Position numbers and translations under genes: made by a program
Notes under the pieces: model-generated
What the model saw: only the letters and a program-made list of their open reading frames with translations
What the model was told of the DNA's origin: nothing
Databases searched by the model: none
Source of the DNA: Amoebidium appalachense
Taxonomy: Eukaryota > Protista > Ichthyosporea
Direction: 5' to 3'
NCBI GenBank assembly: GCA_963693365.1
Contig: CAVNZM010000008.1
Location: forward strand, 4,488,310-4,552,309
Length of the DNA stretch: 64,000 bases
Shown here: positions 1 through 14,707 of the stretch, one piece after another
Layout: each line of letters opens with the position of its first letter
Numbering within the stretch: the stretch's first letter is position 1

Positions 1-444
1 GGCAGGGTAGTGGTGGTAATGGTGATTTGTGGCTGTGTGTGTTTTTTTTGGGGGGGGGGGGGGGGGGGGAGGGGGGGGGGGGGGGGGGGGGGGGGGGAGG
101 GGGGGGGGGGGGGGGGGGGGGCAAGGCATGGGGAAATGGTGAGAGGGAAACACAAACACTTGTACTAACATGCACATGGGCACACACATCCTCGTACAAG
201 CAAACACACATCCCCATGCACAGGCACACACACGCACAGACCGCGACTCACAGGCATAGACACACAACACACACATAACCACACAAATACAAGCCATATA
301 ATTTGGTACCACACACATCACCCACGCATTCCCACAAAATCCACGCTTCAGATCTCTATCACTTTGCAACAAAAAACAGTAGCACACGCTTCTTACTTCT
401 TCCACATGCAACACTCCACACATGGGAAAACAGGTACTACCTAC

Positions 445-629
445 CAGTTTGTGCATCATTTTGCAGAGATACCAGGTGAACTGGTGATGGGCACAGACGT
501 TGTGTACGGAGGTGTTAGGGTGTGGGGAGCAGATAAAGCATCTTCACCCGTGTGGCTGTGGGGGAGGAGTGGATAGTGTTAGATTCTACACGACAAATGA
601 ACGCGCGGCCGCGAGCATGTGTGTTGAAC

Positions 630-668
<39 letters not shown>

Positions 669-893
669 TGTGTGTGTGTCTGTGTGTATGTGTGTCCGTG
701 TGTGTGTCCGTGTGTTAATGTGCTAGCACACGTGGGTAGGGACATGTGTGGAGGTGGTGATGGTGTGTGCATGCGTGTGTTTGTGTGTGCGTGTACTTGC
801 GCCTTGGCACCAGTGTCTTTCTCTATTCACTTCCTAGATCATGTGATTTCATGTCTGCTTCTGTGCGCCTTGCACGCGTCTTTATATTTACAT

Positions 894-965
<72 letters not shown>

Positions 966-1417
966 TGTGTGTCTGTGTGTCTGTGTTTGTGGATGTGTGT
1001 GTGTGCATGCATGTCATCCTGCAAGGTGGTGTCTTGGTACAACCAGATGTTAGTAACCGAGGCACACTGACTAAGGAGACCGCATTCATGTGCACAAAAT
1101 CAGAAAGATACAATGAATGGGGCCATGCACAACAAGAGAAGTGGAGAAAAAGGAGGGATAACGAAGAGGCCCCAAAAAAAGCAGATGGGAAAGAGGGGGA
1201 GGGGGGGGGGGGGGGGGGGGGGGCGGTTGGGTTGGTTGGAGGGGGGGATGCATGTGTATGTTTGTCTCTGCCTCTGGTCTCCCTCCCTTCTTGTCTCTGC
1301 CCCTCCCTTCTTAGTACCTGCCCCCACGGCGTGTGTGTATAGGTGACTGCGTGCTTGAGTGCGGTGGTAGTGGTGAGGGTGGTGGTCGACACATCGGAGA
1401 AAGAGGAAAAGGGGCCG

Positions 1418-1476
<59 letters not shown>

Positions 1477-4400
1477 AAATACCCGTCATCTCCATGATGA
1501 CCCTGACGGAAGTTCTGATGAGGCACAGGGATGAAGTGTGGGTGGGGGCCAGGGTAGAAGGGGGGGTGCATGGGTGGGCCAAAGGCACCCGCCCTCACGT
1601 TTCCGACAACACTCACAGGCATAGGCATAGATGGGTGGAAAGGTAGAAGCCCCGGCAAGCGGTGATTGGGAACAAGCATGTAAAGAACTTTGCCTGCATG
1701 CGGCCCCATGTGGGAACCGGGTGGAAAGTGTGGGTGCATGTGATGCGGTCCGATGGGTATTGGGGGTGAGGGGGTTGCGGAAAGCGAGTGTGTTTGTGCC
1801 TGTGTGTGTGCCTGGTGTTGGTGGTGGTGTTTGTCTGTCGATGTGTCGGAGTAGTAACCCCTCGATGCGCTGGCGCGGTTGGTTCCTTGGGTGGGGGTGG
1901 GTGGGGGTGGTTGCGCGATTATGTCCGATTCGCCGATTTCCAGAATTTCCGTTTCCCATTCTTCATCGTGTGAAGGATCGAATTGTGACTGCTCGCGCAG
2001 AGGGGGTGCATGTAAAGTTGTTAAAGGAGCACGGACGGGCGGTAGGTTGGGCGAACAAGAAACATCGTCTTTAATGGGTGGGGATGGGCGAAGAGTCACG
2101 TGCGCCTGCGGGTAAAATGGACGAGCGTGTACGTTGTATCTTCGTACGTTTGTGTTTGTGTTTTGTTTTGAAGGGAGAGAAGGCGATTTGCGGTGACTAT
2201 CTCCGGCGACGGGTGATGGTGTTTTTCGATACACGGGGCTGGCCATGTGCTCTTGATACGCAACCTCAATTTCTTCTGGAGTAGGGAAAGGAGGCTGCGC
2301 ATGCACAGGCGACATAGGCATGGGCATGGGTGGAGCGTGAATGTTCTGAAGCCCTGGGACGCCCATAAGCCTCTCTTCGCTCTCGTTAATTCGCGTAGGG
2401 AAACGTGGGCTTGGTCCCAATGCCGGTGAATCCAAGAAGTTGGGTGGGCCGCCGGGGACGGGCGGGGGGGGATGGATACGTCCCGTCAACCTGCATCACC
2501 CACCCAGGGTGGGGGTGGTGGAGAGGTTGGGGATAAGGCGCGTACACGTGCATGTGGTGATGAGGCACGTGTGTGACTGCCGTGTACGTGTCGTAGTGGG
2601 GTGGGGCAACGTGTTCCGGTGTGAGTGGGGGTCGAGGGCGATGCCGCCGCGGTCTGGGGAAGATTGCGGAGGAGATGGGGTCGTTCGCGGGGAGAACGTC
2701 TCCAGCGTATGGAATGCACCTGCAGTGCGAGGGGGGGGCTACCGTTTCGGTGTTGGCCACGACGACGAAGGGGTGATGGGTGAATGAAAGGTGGCCCTTC
2801 ATGGTGTGTGGAGTGTGGGCTGGTTGAATGGTTGGGTGGCGATGGGGTGTGTGTTGGGGGCGCCTCGTGTTGTGGGGAGGAAGGGGACGGAGCAGTGGTG
2901 GTGGTGGTGGTGGCGGCGGCGGCGGTGGTACCCATGGTTGCAACTGGCAGTGATGGAGACTGGGAGGAAATGGGAGGGACACAGTGAATTGCAGTTAGTT
3001 TTGAAGAAGATCCGTCGGTTTGCCCTACCACTTTGCCGGCGTCGACAGCAGTGATCGAGGTTGTATCCCCATGGGCTACAGCAGGGCCAACTGAGGCCAC
3101 CTTACCCTTCCCTTCCGTGGTGGTGTTTGTGTTCACCTGCCCCAGCGCCATCCCTTCACCGCTTCTGTCTTTTTTTCCGTCCCCATTGCGCCTGTTGCTT
3201 TCGCATCCACACCGCTCCTTCATCTTTTCTTCCACGCTTAGAATAAACGCACCCACATCCGTCACATTCGCCCTCGTCCCCTCCAGTCCCGTTTTATCAC
3301 CACTTTCCACCTTCCCGCCCGCATCGCTAACGGTCCCCATCGTTCCGCCTCCTGTTTTCATCTCATCTCCACATCCCGCCGACACGACACTCGTGGCAGT
3401 ATCTGTTACAGGTTTTGGTTTTGGGGTTGTGATGAGGGGTGGACGTGGGACGATTGGAAGCGACGCCTTGATAATGGTGGCGCTGCTAGTCTTGCAAGTG
3501 GTGGAGAGAGAGGGTGTGGCGTTGGAAGGGTGGGTGTGGGTGTTAGAGGCGTTGCGCGGTGTGTTGATGGGGGTGATGGTGGTGGTTGTCGTTTTGTTTT
3601 TGGCGGTTGTGGCAGCGGTGGCGGTGGCGGCACCGGGAGAATTGGCAGTGTTGGCAGGTGCTGCGGTAGCCGGGGTGTTCCTGTTGTGATGGGGCTTGTT
3701 GTTCGCGGCGTTGGCTTTGATCGTGGTGGAGACAGGTGTGGCGGGAACACCAGGGGTGGTGGTCTTGCTGTGGTTGGGACTGGGAATGGTGGTGGTGGGT
3801 ACGTGGGTAGCAGGGCTGGATTTGGTAGATACGGTAATATCGTTGCCTTTGCTGTTGCTCCTGCCATTGCCGACTCTGTTGTCCACACTGTCGTTGTTGT
3901 TGTTGTTGCTCGCCGCGTTGCCTGAAACATTGGCCCTGCCAGCCCCAGAAACATTGGCACGAGGTGCGGTAATGTTCACCCCTTGTTCCTCCCCGTTTGC
4001 AGGTGCCTTTATGGGCGGTGGGGATGGGGGAAGAGTAACAATCGGCTGCGTGACTGTTGCCTTCTTTTGTGAATTAGCCCGGGTTTCCTCTTGGGTGTTG
4101 TTGTTTGCGTTGGTCATGGGCACGGTCGTTACGACAACCGGCTGGCTCTGTTCAACCCCACTAACCCCATGTTGTTTTTTCCCCTTGCCCCTTCCTTCTC
4201 CGTTCCTCACCTCGACCGCTCCTCCATCCATCTCCTCCGTTTTTGCACTCACCCCCTTTGCATCCTCACCCACGATCGAATTCTGTAGTTGTTCCAACGG
4301 GGACATGGTGGAAATGGAGCCAGAGACGTTAACGTCTTCACTCTCATCCCTGCTGTTTCCCACTCGACAAACAGAATCATCGCGAGGTGTTTCGTCCGGT

Positions 4401-5026
4401 CGCGCAACAGCCGCGCTAGTAGAAACCGTAAGGGTTGTCTGTGCGGATGTAGTAGCGGTAATGTCTGCGCGAGTTGTTGCAAGGGAAGGAAACGAAGATT
4501 CGTCTGATATGGATGGCAGCCGCTCAACGGGGATCTTGGTGGGTAGGTGTGTGTTTGTAGGTTCTGCGGGCCCCGTTGTTGCTTGGGTAGTCTTGCGTGG
4601 TTGCTGTTGAGGGGCTTTGTGCATGATTGCCGTGCGGTAGGAGAGAGGGCGTATGGTGGGTGCCGTTGCCTGCGCGGGTGTTGAGGTCGAAGGAGTTGGT
4701 GCAGGGGTAGGTGTCGATGTCGTGGGTTTGGTGGGCGGGTTGGGCGGTTCGGCCGGCTTGGGGGTTGAGTTTGGTGGATGTGGTGTGATGGATTGTGGCA
4801 ACGCTGTTTTCTGCTGATTTGTTAAAAGGTTGGGTGTTAGTGGAACGGGGAATCTTCGGTTGGGTTTTAGTGGGACTGACCATCCTAAAGATCCGTCTGT
4901 CAATATAATACATAGCCCCTGGCCAGGTACACCCCCAATCAGGTTTGTCCACAAGACGATAAAACAATTATGTGCTGATATGACAGAAGAACAGTCTGAC
5001 GTTTTCTTACTGACCTCGGCATAGAG

Positions 5027-5059
<33 letters not shown>

Positions 5060-5067
5060 TTCCCCAG

Positions 5068-5117
<50 letters not shown>

Positions 5118-6002
5118 CCCCCCTCCAAACACACACACACACATTACCACCGCCACACCACCTTGTGCCCTACCCTCGGGAAGACTTATGAGTCTTATCA
5201 CCGTACTCCTGCCCAGCACCCCCTACATGCCAATGCCTAAATATATATCATGCATGTGACGGATATTCCTACTTTTTTATTGTTTTATTGAAATATATAT
5301 CTATAAATTTAAAGTTAAGTTCTCGAGCCGCAAGAAAACCAGGATTGTTCAAAAGTGAAAAGGACCAGGGAGTGTGTGTGGGTGTGTATGAATGTCGTAC
5401 GTGCCATGTTTGTTTGTGGTGGCTATCATGGTGATAGACGGGAGGGTGTTGTTTGTGTGTGAGTGTGTGTGAGTGTGTGTGAGCGAGTTTGTGTGTGTGC
5501 GCGCGTGCGCATGCGCGTGCGTGTGTGTGTGTTGAAAAAGAGTGTTAAGGTGTATATTTGTGCACGCACGTGTGTGCATACATGTGTGTTCTTTGGAAGA
5601 TAGGGTGTATGGGGTGTGCTCTGTGTATTGTGTGCGCCAGTGTGTGCGTGCGTGTTTGTACATGTGTGTTCATGTGAGAGCAAGAGGTGCATACCGAAGC
5701 AGGTGCAGGCATGGGGGTTGGGGCCGGGGCCGTAGCTGCCCTTGGCGGAGGTTTGGGGACCTTCTCGGGTGCCGCAGGTGGTTGGGTGGTGGGTGCCTGG
5801 GTGTGCGACATAAGTACGTGGCTGCTTTAAGCATTCAATTTATAACCAAAAAATGAATTCGGGTCAATCATCCCCTCCAAAAATGCAATCGAATCAATCA
5901 TCCCCCCCCCCCCCCCCCCCCCCCTTCCCCCCACCATCATATTATCATACCAACCCAAAACACAGTGCTTGATATTTACATGCATGCTTGTGGATGTGGG
6001 GT

Positions 6003-6033
<31 letters not shown>

Positions 6034-6080
6034 GGGGGAGGGAGGGAGAGGGGGGAGGGGGGAGGGAACCCCTACCCCTA

Positions 6081-6117
<37 letters not shown>

Positions 6118-7137
6118 ACCCTCCACCCCCTTTTCCCCAACCACCACCACTACCACCACCACCATCACCACCACACCCATACACACCGCCACCACGGCAA
6201 CCACACAAAGCACAATGTTTGACATTAACATGCACCCTTGTTGGTGTGTGGGAGGGGGGGGGGGGGGGGGGGGGGGGGGAGGGGGGGGGCTACCTGACTT
6301 GGGGCAACCACGGGTGTGGGAAGGAGACCCTTGCCTGGGGTCCGGACGTGTTGCAAGGGCACATGCGGACCCTCCGTCGGGGGAGCAGGTTTCTGAAATG
6401 GGCCAATCAGTGTGTTGTATTTGGCAAAAAAAAAAAAAAAAAAAAGATCATCCCAGAGATATTGCAACAAAGAGGAAGAAGCCATGGTGAATCGATTGTG
6501 TTTTCAAAGCCCTTGTGCTCTCACCACGAAGGGAGGATGTGTGTGACCGACCAAACATAGCCACTCACACACCACACTCAAACACAAGTACGAGTGACTG
6601 TGTACATGGGTACCCACAGATCCTTAGGACCCCCCTCCCCCACGGGCGTGCGTGCATGCATGTGTGTAGGTGTGTATTTATGTGTCTGTGTATGTGTGTG
6701 TGTGTGTGTGTGTGTAACTGAGAGTGTGCGTAAAAACCAAAAAAAAAGCCGGAATATGCGTGGGAGGGCCCATGTGCGTATTATTCTCAGATAGAGGGTT
6801 TTCCAGGCTGACAACACTCAGTCACTCACCATATCTGCTGGTCTTGCCGCCTGCTTAAACAGACCACCAAAGTCCATCTTAATGCCCTCTGCACTCACAC
6901 AACCCTCATCCCGTCTCTCCGTCTCCCACGCTGGAGGTTCCCCAAGTTCATTTTCTTAAGCGGGGATGAAGAAATGACACATTGTTAGCAGCAACACAAA
7001 CACACAAATCATACCTTATTAAATTCTCTTCCACTACAGTCTGTGTTGGTCACTGACCCCCCCCCCCCCCCCCCCCCCCTGCGTCCTCCCCTGCTTTGTC
7101 CATCTAGCCTGCTAAACCGACTTTACCCCCTCCCCCC

Positions 7138-7175
<38 letters not shown>

Positions 7176-7350
7176 GGAGCAACTCTCGCCTGGAGCCCAT
7201 ACGTTAAAAGTTCACATAGTAGCAACTCTAAACAAAAGCACGTTTTCCGGATTCCACCCACAGTACCTTAAATCTCGAGCACACACGGACACACACCCAA
7301 CCCCCTTTGTCATTTTCCCGTCCTATTCGAGCTTTACAGCACGGCGCTTA

Positions 7351-7382
<32 letters not shown>

Positions 7383-7639
7383 TTCCTTCCCCCCCAAATA
7401 CATACACACACACACACACACTAAACAGAACACCGTGTATAGCAATTTTCTATTTGAAATCATATATAGTAATTTTCTCTTTGGAGTTTGCACCTTAATC
7501 GTTTTTTTTAGTGTAAATCTACATACCATTCTTGAGCAGGACAAGACGGTGGAGCATGGGCACATTGCAGGTGGGATCCAGGTATCCGTCCGTGTCTGAG
7601 AATCCACAACACGTGAGTACAAACTCCTTGGCCCTCAAA

Positions 7640-7714
<75 letters not shown>

Positions 7715-7905
7715 CGTGCGTGTGTGTGCACGCGCGCATGTGTGTGTGCACCTTGGCACGTCTGTGCGTGTTTTTGAGTATTTTTTGGGAAGGTGGGGGA
7801 AGAGGGGTGGGGGGAAGGAGGGGGGGGGGGGGGGGGGGGGGTGCGGGAGGTGCTTCTACACACAACCAATTAAGAACAAAAAGGTTGGAAAACACACACA
7901 TGTGT

Positions 7906-7936
<31 letters not shown>

Positions 7937-8665
7937 GTTGTTTGTTTGGGGGAGGGGAGGGGGGGGGGGGGGGGTACAAAGTGACATGCACACACGGATT
8001 CACAGACCCTGTGCCACAAGGGGCGGGATTAGAGGTGGGGTTGGGGGGGGGGGGGGGGGGGGGGGGGGAGGAGGGTAGTGGGGGGAAGAGGCCGTGAGTG
8101 TCATCCAAACACGGGCCCACAGAGGTACACGAAAGGGAAGGGGGAAGGCGTGGGAGTGGGGGGTGGAGAAAGGGGTGTTTATATGCATTACAGAGTACGA
8201 GGATTACATTCACGACGGAAACTCAAAGCAGACTCCGCGAAGCACACAACACTGAGTATGTATCAAGGAACAAACTCTATACCTGCAAGAAAAGCCTCTA
8301 TCAACGTGGATGCCACGTCGATACGGGGGTATGCAAGCTGGATGGCGGCATCGTAAAAAGCTTCACACTGTACACCATAAAGAGGTGTAGGCCACCAATT
8401 CATCAAAGCCTCTGCATACTCTGAAGCGGAATAGGTGCGTTAGAGCGAGTTTCTTTTTGGCCGATTTATTGTCGTCCCTTCTTGGTCCTCAGGTCGGGCC
8501 AAATGCTGTTTGATGCGCATCAAGCCAATCATATTGCATATGTCTCATTGGGGTCTGACTCGACCCGATACCGAAAAACCCCCCTTTTTTATTTATGGGT
8601 GTGCATATGGCGTAAGGCAATGCACTGTGGAATAGCAGAACACACACACACACACACATACACAC

Positions 8666-8727
<62 letters not shown>

Positions 8728-9986
8728 TACTGTACTTGCATACACATGTGTAGTGAGTGTGCGGTAGGGATTATGGGGGCTTAGCTGCACAATGCAAATA
8801 CCAAATGCATTCAGAAAAAGGGTAGACCGGTGAACAAACCCTCCAGGTATATTTAACACGCTCCTCACAACAAGCACTTGGAAGAAATGCAAAGAAGTAG
8901 TGGAAGAGAACGTGCAGGAGGTATAAGCAGGGAAGGGGGAGGGGAGGGGGGGGGGGGGGGGGGGGAAGAGGGCAAAAGGCAAAGAAATTGTGTGAGCAAA
9001 ATGAAGACCTATTGAGCGGAAAGTGCCGCAAACACATTTTACGAGTAATACCTTCACGCTTGTCATAAAGCAAGAAAAGAGTAACCTTGTTCAACCTAGG
9101 AGAAAACAACCTCTATCACATTCTAGAAACTCGATACACATACCTTCGAGGATGTTAATCCGTTGCACACTGTTCTCCGGCAGAGTGAACTCGTTCACCG
9201 CAGCAACCTGGGGCCAACACGTCAGAAACTTAAACCAAAACAAAAGCGAGCTCTGTAAACACCCAACAGAAAGCAGAGGGGCTTCAGAACCATGCAGCTC
9301 TAAAAAAAGCAAAAGCCTGATATGTAATAGAGCAGGGCAATTGCTTCCTTTGCTACCGTTTAAGGTTGTTTAAGCATGAGAGACACCATGTTTAAAATGA
9401 TATTGAAAAAATCACGTAACCCACTGTTGATCATATCCAACGGACCAGGAAAGGGAGATAGTAAGAGGGAGGGAGACGGGGAGGAAGGGGGATAAGAGAA
9501 AGGGGAGAAGGGAGAGGTTAGGGGGGAAAGGGAGGGCGGGATGGACGGAGGGGGGGGGGGAGGGGGGGGGGGGGGGGGGAGAGAAGGAGTGATTCGAGGA
9601 TACTTTTAATACGTACCTTTTTAAAGACAGCGACATAGTGCAGAAAGTGACCCTGATAATCGACATTTGATATCACCATTTTGCCGTTGAGAGAAAAGCA
9701 GTCTCATTGCTGTGTATTCAACAGTCGTTATATTCATTAGCTACAGGGCCACGAGGAGGGCGAAAGGAAAGAGGAGGGGGCAAAATCCGTAAAATAGCCC
9801 CAGTGACCTGGGTGAGAAAAGGGAGAACATAAACGAGGTACATGAACCCTAGCTATGTGTGAGGTTCAAAAATAGGAGCCCGTGGAGAATGAAAGGCCTA
9901 GAGAGTCTATCAGTAAGCCCCCCCTCCTCCCCCCCTCCCCCCCCTTCCACAACCCTCACATTCACACACACACACACACACACACC

Positions 9987-10051
<65 letters not shown>

Positions 10052-10773
10052 CCCCCCCCCCCTCCCCACCCCCTCCGCCCCTCCCTCCGTGCTGCCTCTC
10101 CTTCCCCCCCCCCTCCCCCAGCACACAAACACGTGCTACCACCATCATCATTACTATCACCACCACCGCCGCGTCTCCTTCAAAATAAGCAACATCTGCC
10201 CAACACCCTGGCCCTACTAGCCCCAAAGCCCAGACCTAAAAGTTGAAAGAAAGAAATACTCACGTTTTTTCCGCAGTTCTTTCCGTCTTGTTCGCGCAAG
10301 GGCATAGTCGCATAAAAGGCTTAGATAAGAAGCAAAGGGAGTGGCAGGGGCTGATGCGGGGAGAGAAGATCGAGCCTCCGGGGAGGGGAGGAGAGGGGGG
10401 GAGGGGGGGAGAAAAAGGATGGAAAGGGGGGAAGGAGGGGGAGGGGGAGGGGGGGGGGGAGAAGGGGAAGGAACCGTTGCCTAGGCTTGGAGTTTCCTTG
10501 CGAATCCCATGTTTGCGTTGCCTCCCCACCCGCCTTTTGATGGAGATGCCCACTAAAAGTCGTGAGAACAACGCCACAGCAATACCCCCCGAGAAAGCTA
10601 ATCATACGTAAGAAACTCAGAGGAAGCGCGATCTTGCTCCGAGGTTGTCACAAGCACATAAAAATGCAACCACGAAATCGTTGATGGACTGACACAGCAC
10701 AGAGCGAAAAATTGTCTTGAAAGCTAACGCGCCTTTAAAACCTTAATAGGACTCCCATAAAAACAAAGAGCAT
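445..10773 (-). CDS. Large multi-exon gene of unknown function: small N-terminal exons, then a ~3.3-kb Pro/Thr/Ser/His-rich disordered exon with a PAM2-like motif; 3' end probably continues past the window start
   Basis: Open minus-strand segments, most bounded by AG/GT: LLCDYALARTRRKELRKK (ends 10264, gtgagt), VISNVDYQGHFLHYVAVFKK (~9618-9680), VAAVNEFTLPENSVQRINILE (~9145-9208), CEAFYDAAIQLAYPRIDVASTLIEAFLA (~8283-8368), DTDGYLDPTCNVPMLHRLVLLKNG (~7527-7595), ELGEPPAWE...ARPADM (~6830-6955), KPAPPTEG...VAPSQ (~6295-6393), HTQAP...PAPAS (~5695-5822), and the big exon 4810-1483 (ORFs 2486..5140 and 1311..2489 joined by one 1-nt frameshift near 2489). The start (ATG at 10773 or 10758) is inferred from phase-compatible small exons. 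Confidence 0.7.
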
Positions 10774-10774
10774 G

Positions 10775-11415
10775 ATCGTCCAACAAGTAGGGGAAAAAAC
10801 GTTTAACAAGCCTTTTTTCCTTTTTGGAGGCAGACACAGAACGTATTGAAAAAAAGTTTAAAAAGGTCTGTGTAAACGCGAGTGATCGCGGGTGACGCAA
10901 TCAAAAATGGCGCCAAAAACGGTGCCGTTTTATCCAATTAGATCCAACCTGACTGATTGCGCAAACACTCGGGAAGGCTCAGTTCCGCACGAATATTCGC
11001 GTAATACTCTAAGACTGTTGATGGTGACGTCACGTATACAAACGAATATTCGCGCATTTAGTCTAACATGAGAATCCCATAGAATGACGCAATGGAAGGC
11101 TTCCTGAAAGGGGTGTAGTCTACCTTGAGTGGCTCACCCTCTCACCAAAAAAGAAAACGATAGTACTAAAGTAAATGATTAGTAGGAGCATTAGGCTAGA
11201 GCTGTGAAAGGAATGATTGAGAATTAACGTCAAAAAAAAGGTTAATACGAGGGTTTTAGTAGTTGAAGAGAATAAGTTTCAATGAACACTACAGCTTTCC
11301 TTTTCTAACTGGTGGCACCTGACTGCGACCTCTCCAAACATCGCTTTTTTTCATCCATTGCAAGCGAGATTACATCCTCACGGACTTGTAGGTTTCAATA
11401 GTATAACTGGGTAGA
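10775..11415. promoter_or_regulatory. Bidirectional promoter between head-to-head genes
   Basis: Repeat-free interval between the inferred minus-gene start and the SDS3 ATG. Contains palindromic CGAATATTCG(CG) twice (10990, 11043), CRE-like GTGACGTCAC (11024-11033), TGACGCAA twice (~10893, ~11085) and YY1-like AAAATGGCG (10904-10912). Confidence 0.55.
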
Positions 11416-13411
11416 ATGAGGAGGGAGCCAGAGGATGAAAACTCAGAAACAGAGGAGGACGAGCCACAGAACCAAGATGGTGCAGGGGAGGAGGAGGAGG
11501 AGGATGCGATGGATGTCGTTGCGTTCCAGGACTTGAAGAAGATAACGTACGAGGAGACACTGAAGAGAATAGAGCAGGAAATAGCAGAGCTACAGCAGGT
11601 AATTGGTTGACTTATTGTATTTATTGTTGAAGATTAATCAGCTGTTTATTTATTTTTGTATTTGTTTTTTCCAAGTTGCGGTGTCAGAGAAGAGTTGAAT
11701 TGATGTAGGCGTTATTCTTTCACTTATTCGTTTATTTGAGCGTTTGTTCTTATGTTTTTATTGGTCTAGGGAGGGAAGGGGGGGGGGGGGTTGGAGGGGC
11801 TGTCCCCAGAGTACGATCTCAATAGCTTTGCGTAATGGGCTGTGTTTGCTTGGGTTATATTGTTCCATCGTAAACTGCAGGAGATAAATGCAACATTTTG
11901 GGTACCACTTGGCAGGAGCGCGTGTAGGTGCGTCGTGAAGTTTGCTCTCAGGCATCTCCAGTTGCTTTGTACACAATCCACTGTTCCCTTAATTGCTTGC
12001 GCTTTCCCGGGGCTAAGGTGGGCAGAGGGGAGGTGAGAGTATGTATATGTGTCTGAAAGGAGTGGGAATGATAGACGACTTTACTACTTATGGATAAATG
12101 CCTTTGCTTGTGCAATGCCCTGCAACTGTGTTCCTGGTATTTTTGGAAACCTCCTGTAGCTGTTGTTGTTGGTGTGTGCCTTTTTTTTTTTTTTGGTGGG
12201 TAAGGGGGGGGGGGGGGGGGGGGGGGGGTTGCTTTTGGTTTGCGGCTTTCTTGTGGTTTCCATTACTATCCTGTTCCTTTATTTCTGTACATCCGTCAGC
12301 GGTTTACCTGCATGTTGGATGTTGTAGGAGTGTTGGTGGCCACATGAAACGGCCAGCACCACACGTAGCGGTTATGATGACCGTTTTCGGGAAGTACAAC
12401 AGGAAGCGGGGTGTTGGACACGTGCCAACTCACCCCCTTTTTTTTTTTTTTTTTTTTTTGGCAAGGTTGCGCTATGGAGCTAGCTCGTCTGCTCCACATA
12501 GACTGTTTTAGGGCAGCTGTACTGTGCATTAGCTATCGGCCGGCTGGTGCTTGAAGTTTTTCTGACCGGGCTATTGATGAACTGGGTTGGAACCACTTGG
12601 CATGTAATATACAGGATATCCACGCCGTGTTCTTCTCAACTATCCCTCTCCACACTGGCAGGAAACACACGCCGAGTATCTGAAGAAGCTTGCCGGGCTG
12701 GATCAGAAGCGGCAGGACTACATCACGTCGTCCACACTCTTCGGCAAGTACATGCAGGTACTGGCCTCCGAAAAGGAAAAGAAGAGGGGGGAGAGGGGGA
12801 GATGGATTAGGGGTGTGTTTGTGGGGGGGGGGGGGAGGGGGGGAGGGGGGGGGAGGGGGGCACAGAGGGTGCTGCTTGGATGATGACACCCGGGAAAGGA
12901 AGGAAGGGGGAGGGGAGGGTGAGGGTGAGTCTGGATCATGACACTTCGGAAGAAGGGGAGGGGGGGGGGGGGGGAGGGGGGGGGAGTCATATGAGCAACT
13001 GAGGGGACCGGGATTTTTTTTTTAGCTTTGGGAGGTGATGATGGGGGCCGGGAGGGGGGAGGGGAGAAGGGGGGGGGGGGGTGGGGGGGGGGGTATTGGA
13101 AGAGACGCAGGAACGAGAAATCGCAAAGGATGGTAAAAATGGGTAAGGTGGTTTTGGTCTACTGTTACTTTAATGACAAAGTTTTTTTTCCTTTTGAGGG
13201 GAGGGCAGGGGGAAGGGGGGAAGAGGGGGGATGACTGACACGGAGAATACGTAGGGAATTGAAGCTTATTGCTTTGCAGAGAAGGTGACAAAGATAAAGG
13301 GGTGTGTGTGTATTTTGTGGTTGGGGGTGAAGCATTGGTGGCCTATGTGGCGATTGGGGGCGGCGGCAGTAGGTGGGTGCTGCCGGAGAGGGTTTGTGTG
13401 CACGCGTGTGT

Positions 13412-13466
<55 letters not shown>

Positions 13467-13882
13467 AAGCGATATACAACGGGTTCCTGATATCCATTTT
13501 TGGCTCTTAGACTATTAATAAATATTGTGTGGCTTTCACAGTGTGATGATGCAGGGGCCTCTATGGAATTTCTGTTATTGGGGTGACGGTGTATTGATGG
13601 TTGGTATCATGGGTGTGGCAGAGGTTGTTATAGTGTGGTGGCAGATTAAATAGCAGGCAGTCTGCTCCAGATATGCCATAAAGATCGTCGTGGTTAGGTG
13701 GGTGGAAATATCCCTGCTAATCCGGCAGCTCTCTCTTAGAGTCACGGATATGGTGAAGTTTTTTTGCCCTCCTGGCATGTAGGCTTATTTAGTATCACCC
13801 TCAGGACTGTGTCAATGCCCGATACAAGAAGGAAAAGCAAAGTGCAGAGCAGGACCTGCAAAAAGCAAAGGGTATGCTTATT

Positions 13883-13917
<35 letters not shown>

Positions 13918-13943
13918 ACACACACACACACACTTTTTTTTTT

Positions 13944-13983
<40 letters not shown>

Positions 13984-14165
13984 TGTGTGTGTGTCTGTGT
14001 GCTTCCTGCACATTTCTTATGGTGTGCAAGGCTGATTTGATTCTCTGTCAAACTCTGTTTTACCGGTTTACGGCACTGTTAAAATTTAATTCAGCTTGCC
14101 TTTGTTTTTTTCCCCCTCCCTTTTCCTTTTTGCTTCTTAGCTCCCCCCCCCCCCCCCCCCCAAAA

Positions 14166-14208
<43 letters not shown>

Positions 14209-14366
14209 TAATAGCTAGAGGGGAGAAACAGAAAGAAAGGTTGTTTCCTTCACCATCTACCGCATACACTACACCTTTGCTGTTGCATGCCAGTAGCCGT
14301 CCTGTGCTCTTTACCTTGTTTCTTGTTGTGTACTTATCCTTCGTACCCTATTCCGTACTCCCCCCC

Positions 14367-14397
<31 letters not shown>

Positions 14398-14639
14398 AAA
14401 GACAAAAAAGAAAAAAGAAAAGGAAAGAAAAGAAAAGAAAAGAAAATGATGCTAAATAGATCAATTATACCACATGCATTCATACTACTCCCTAACCACA
14501 TTCATATCTTTTCCCCCCATCTACAAACATTCACACGCACGCACGTACACACACACGCACACACACACACAACACACACACACACACACACAACACACAC
14601 ACATGCGCACACACAACACACACACACACACACACAACC

Positions 14640-14707
<68 letters not shown>

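Noticed and set aside
3033-4610. Long plus-strand hydrophobic ORFs (218 and 304 aa)
   Set aside because: Antisense shadows of the Thr/Pro-rich minus-strand exon.
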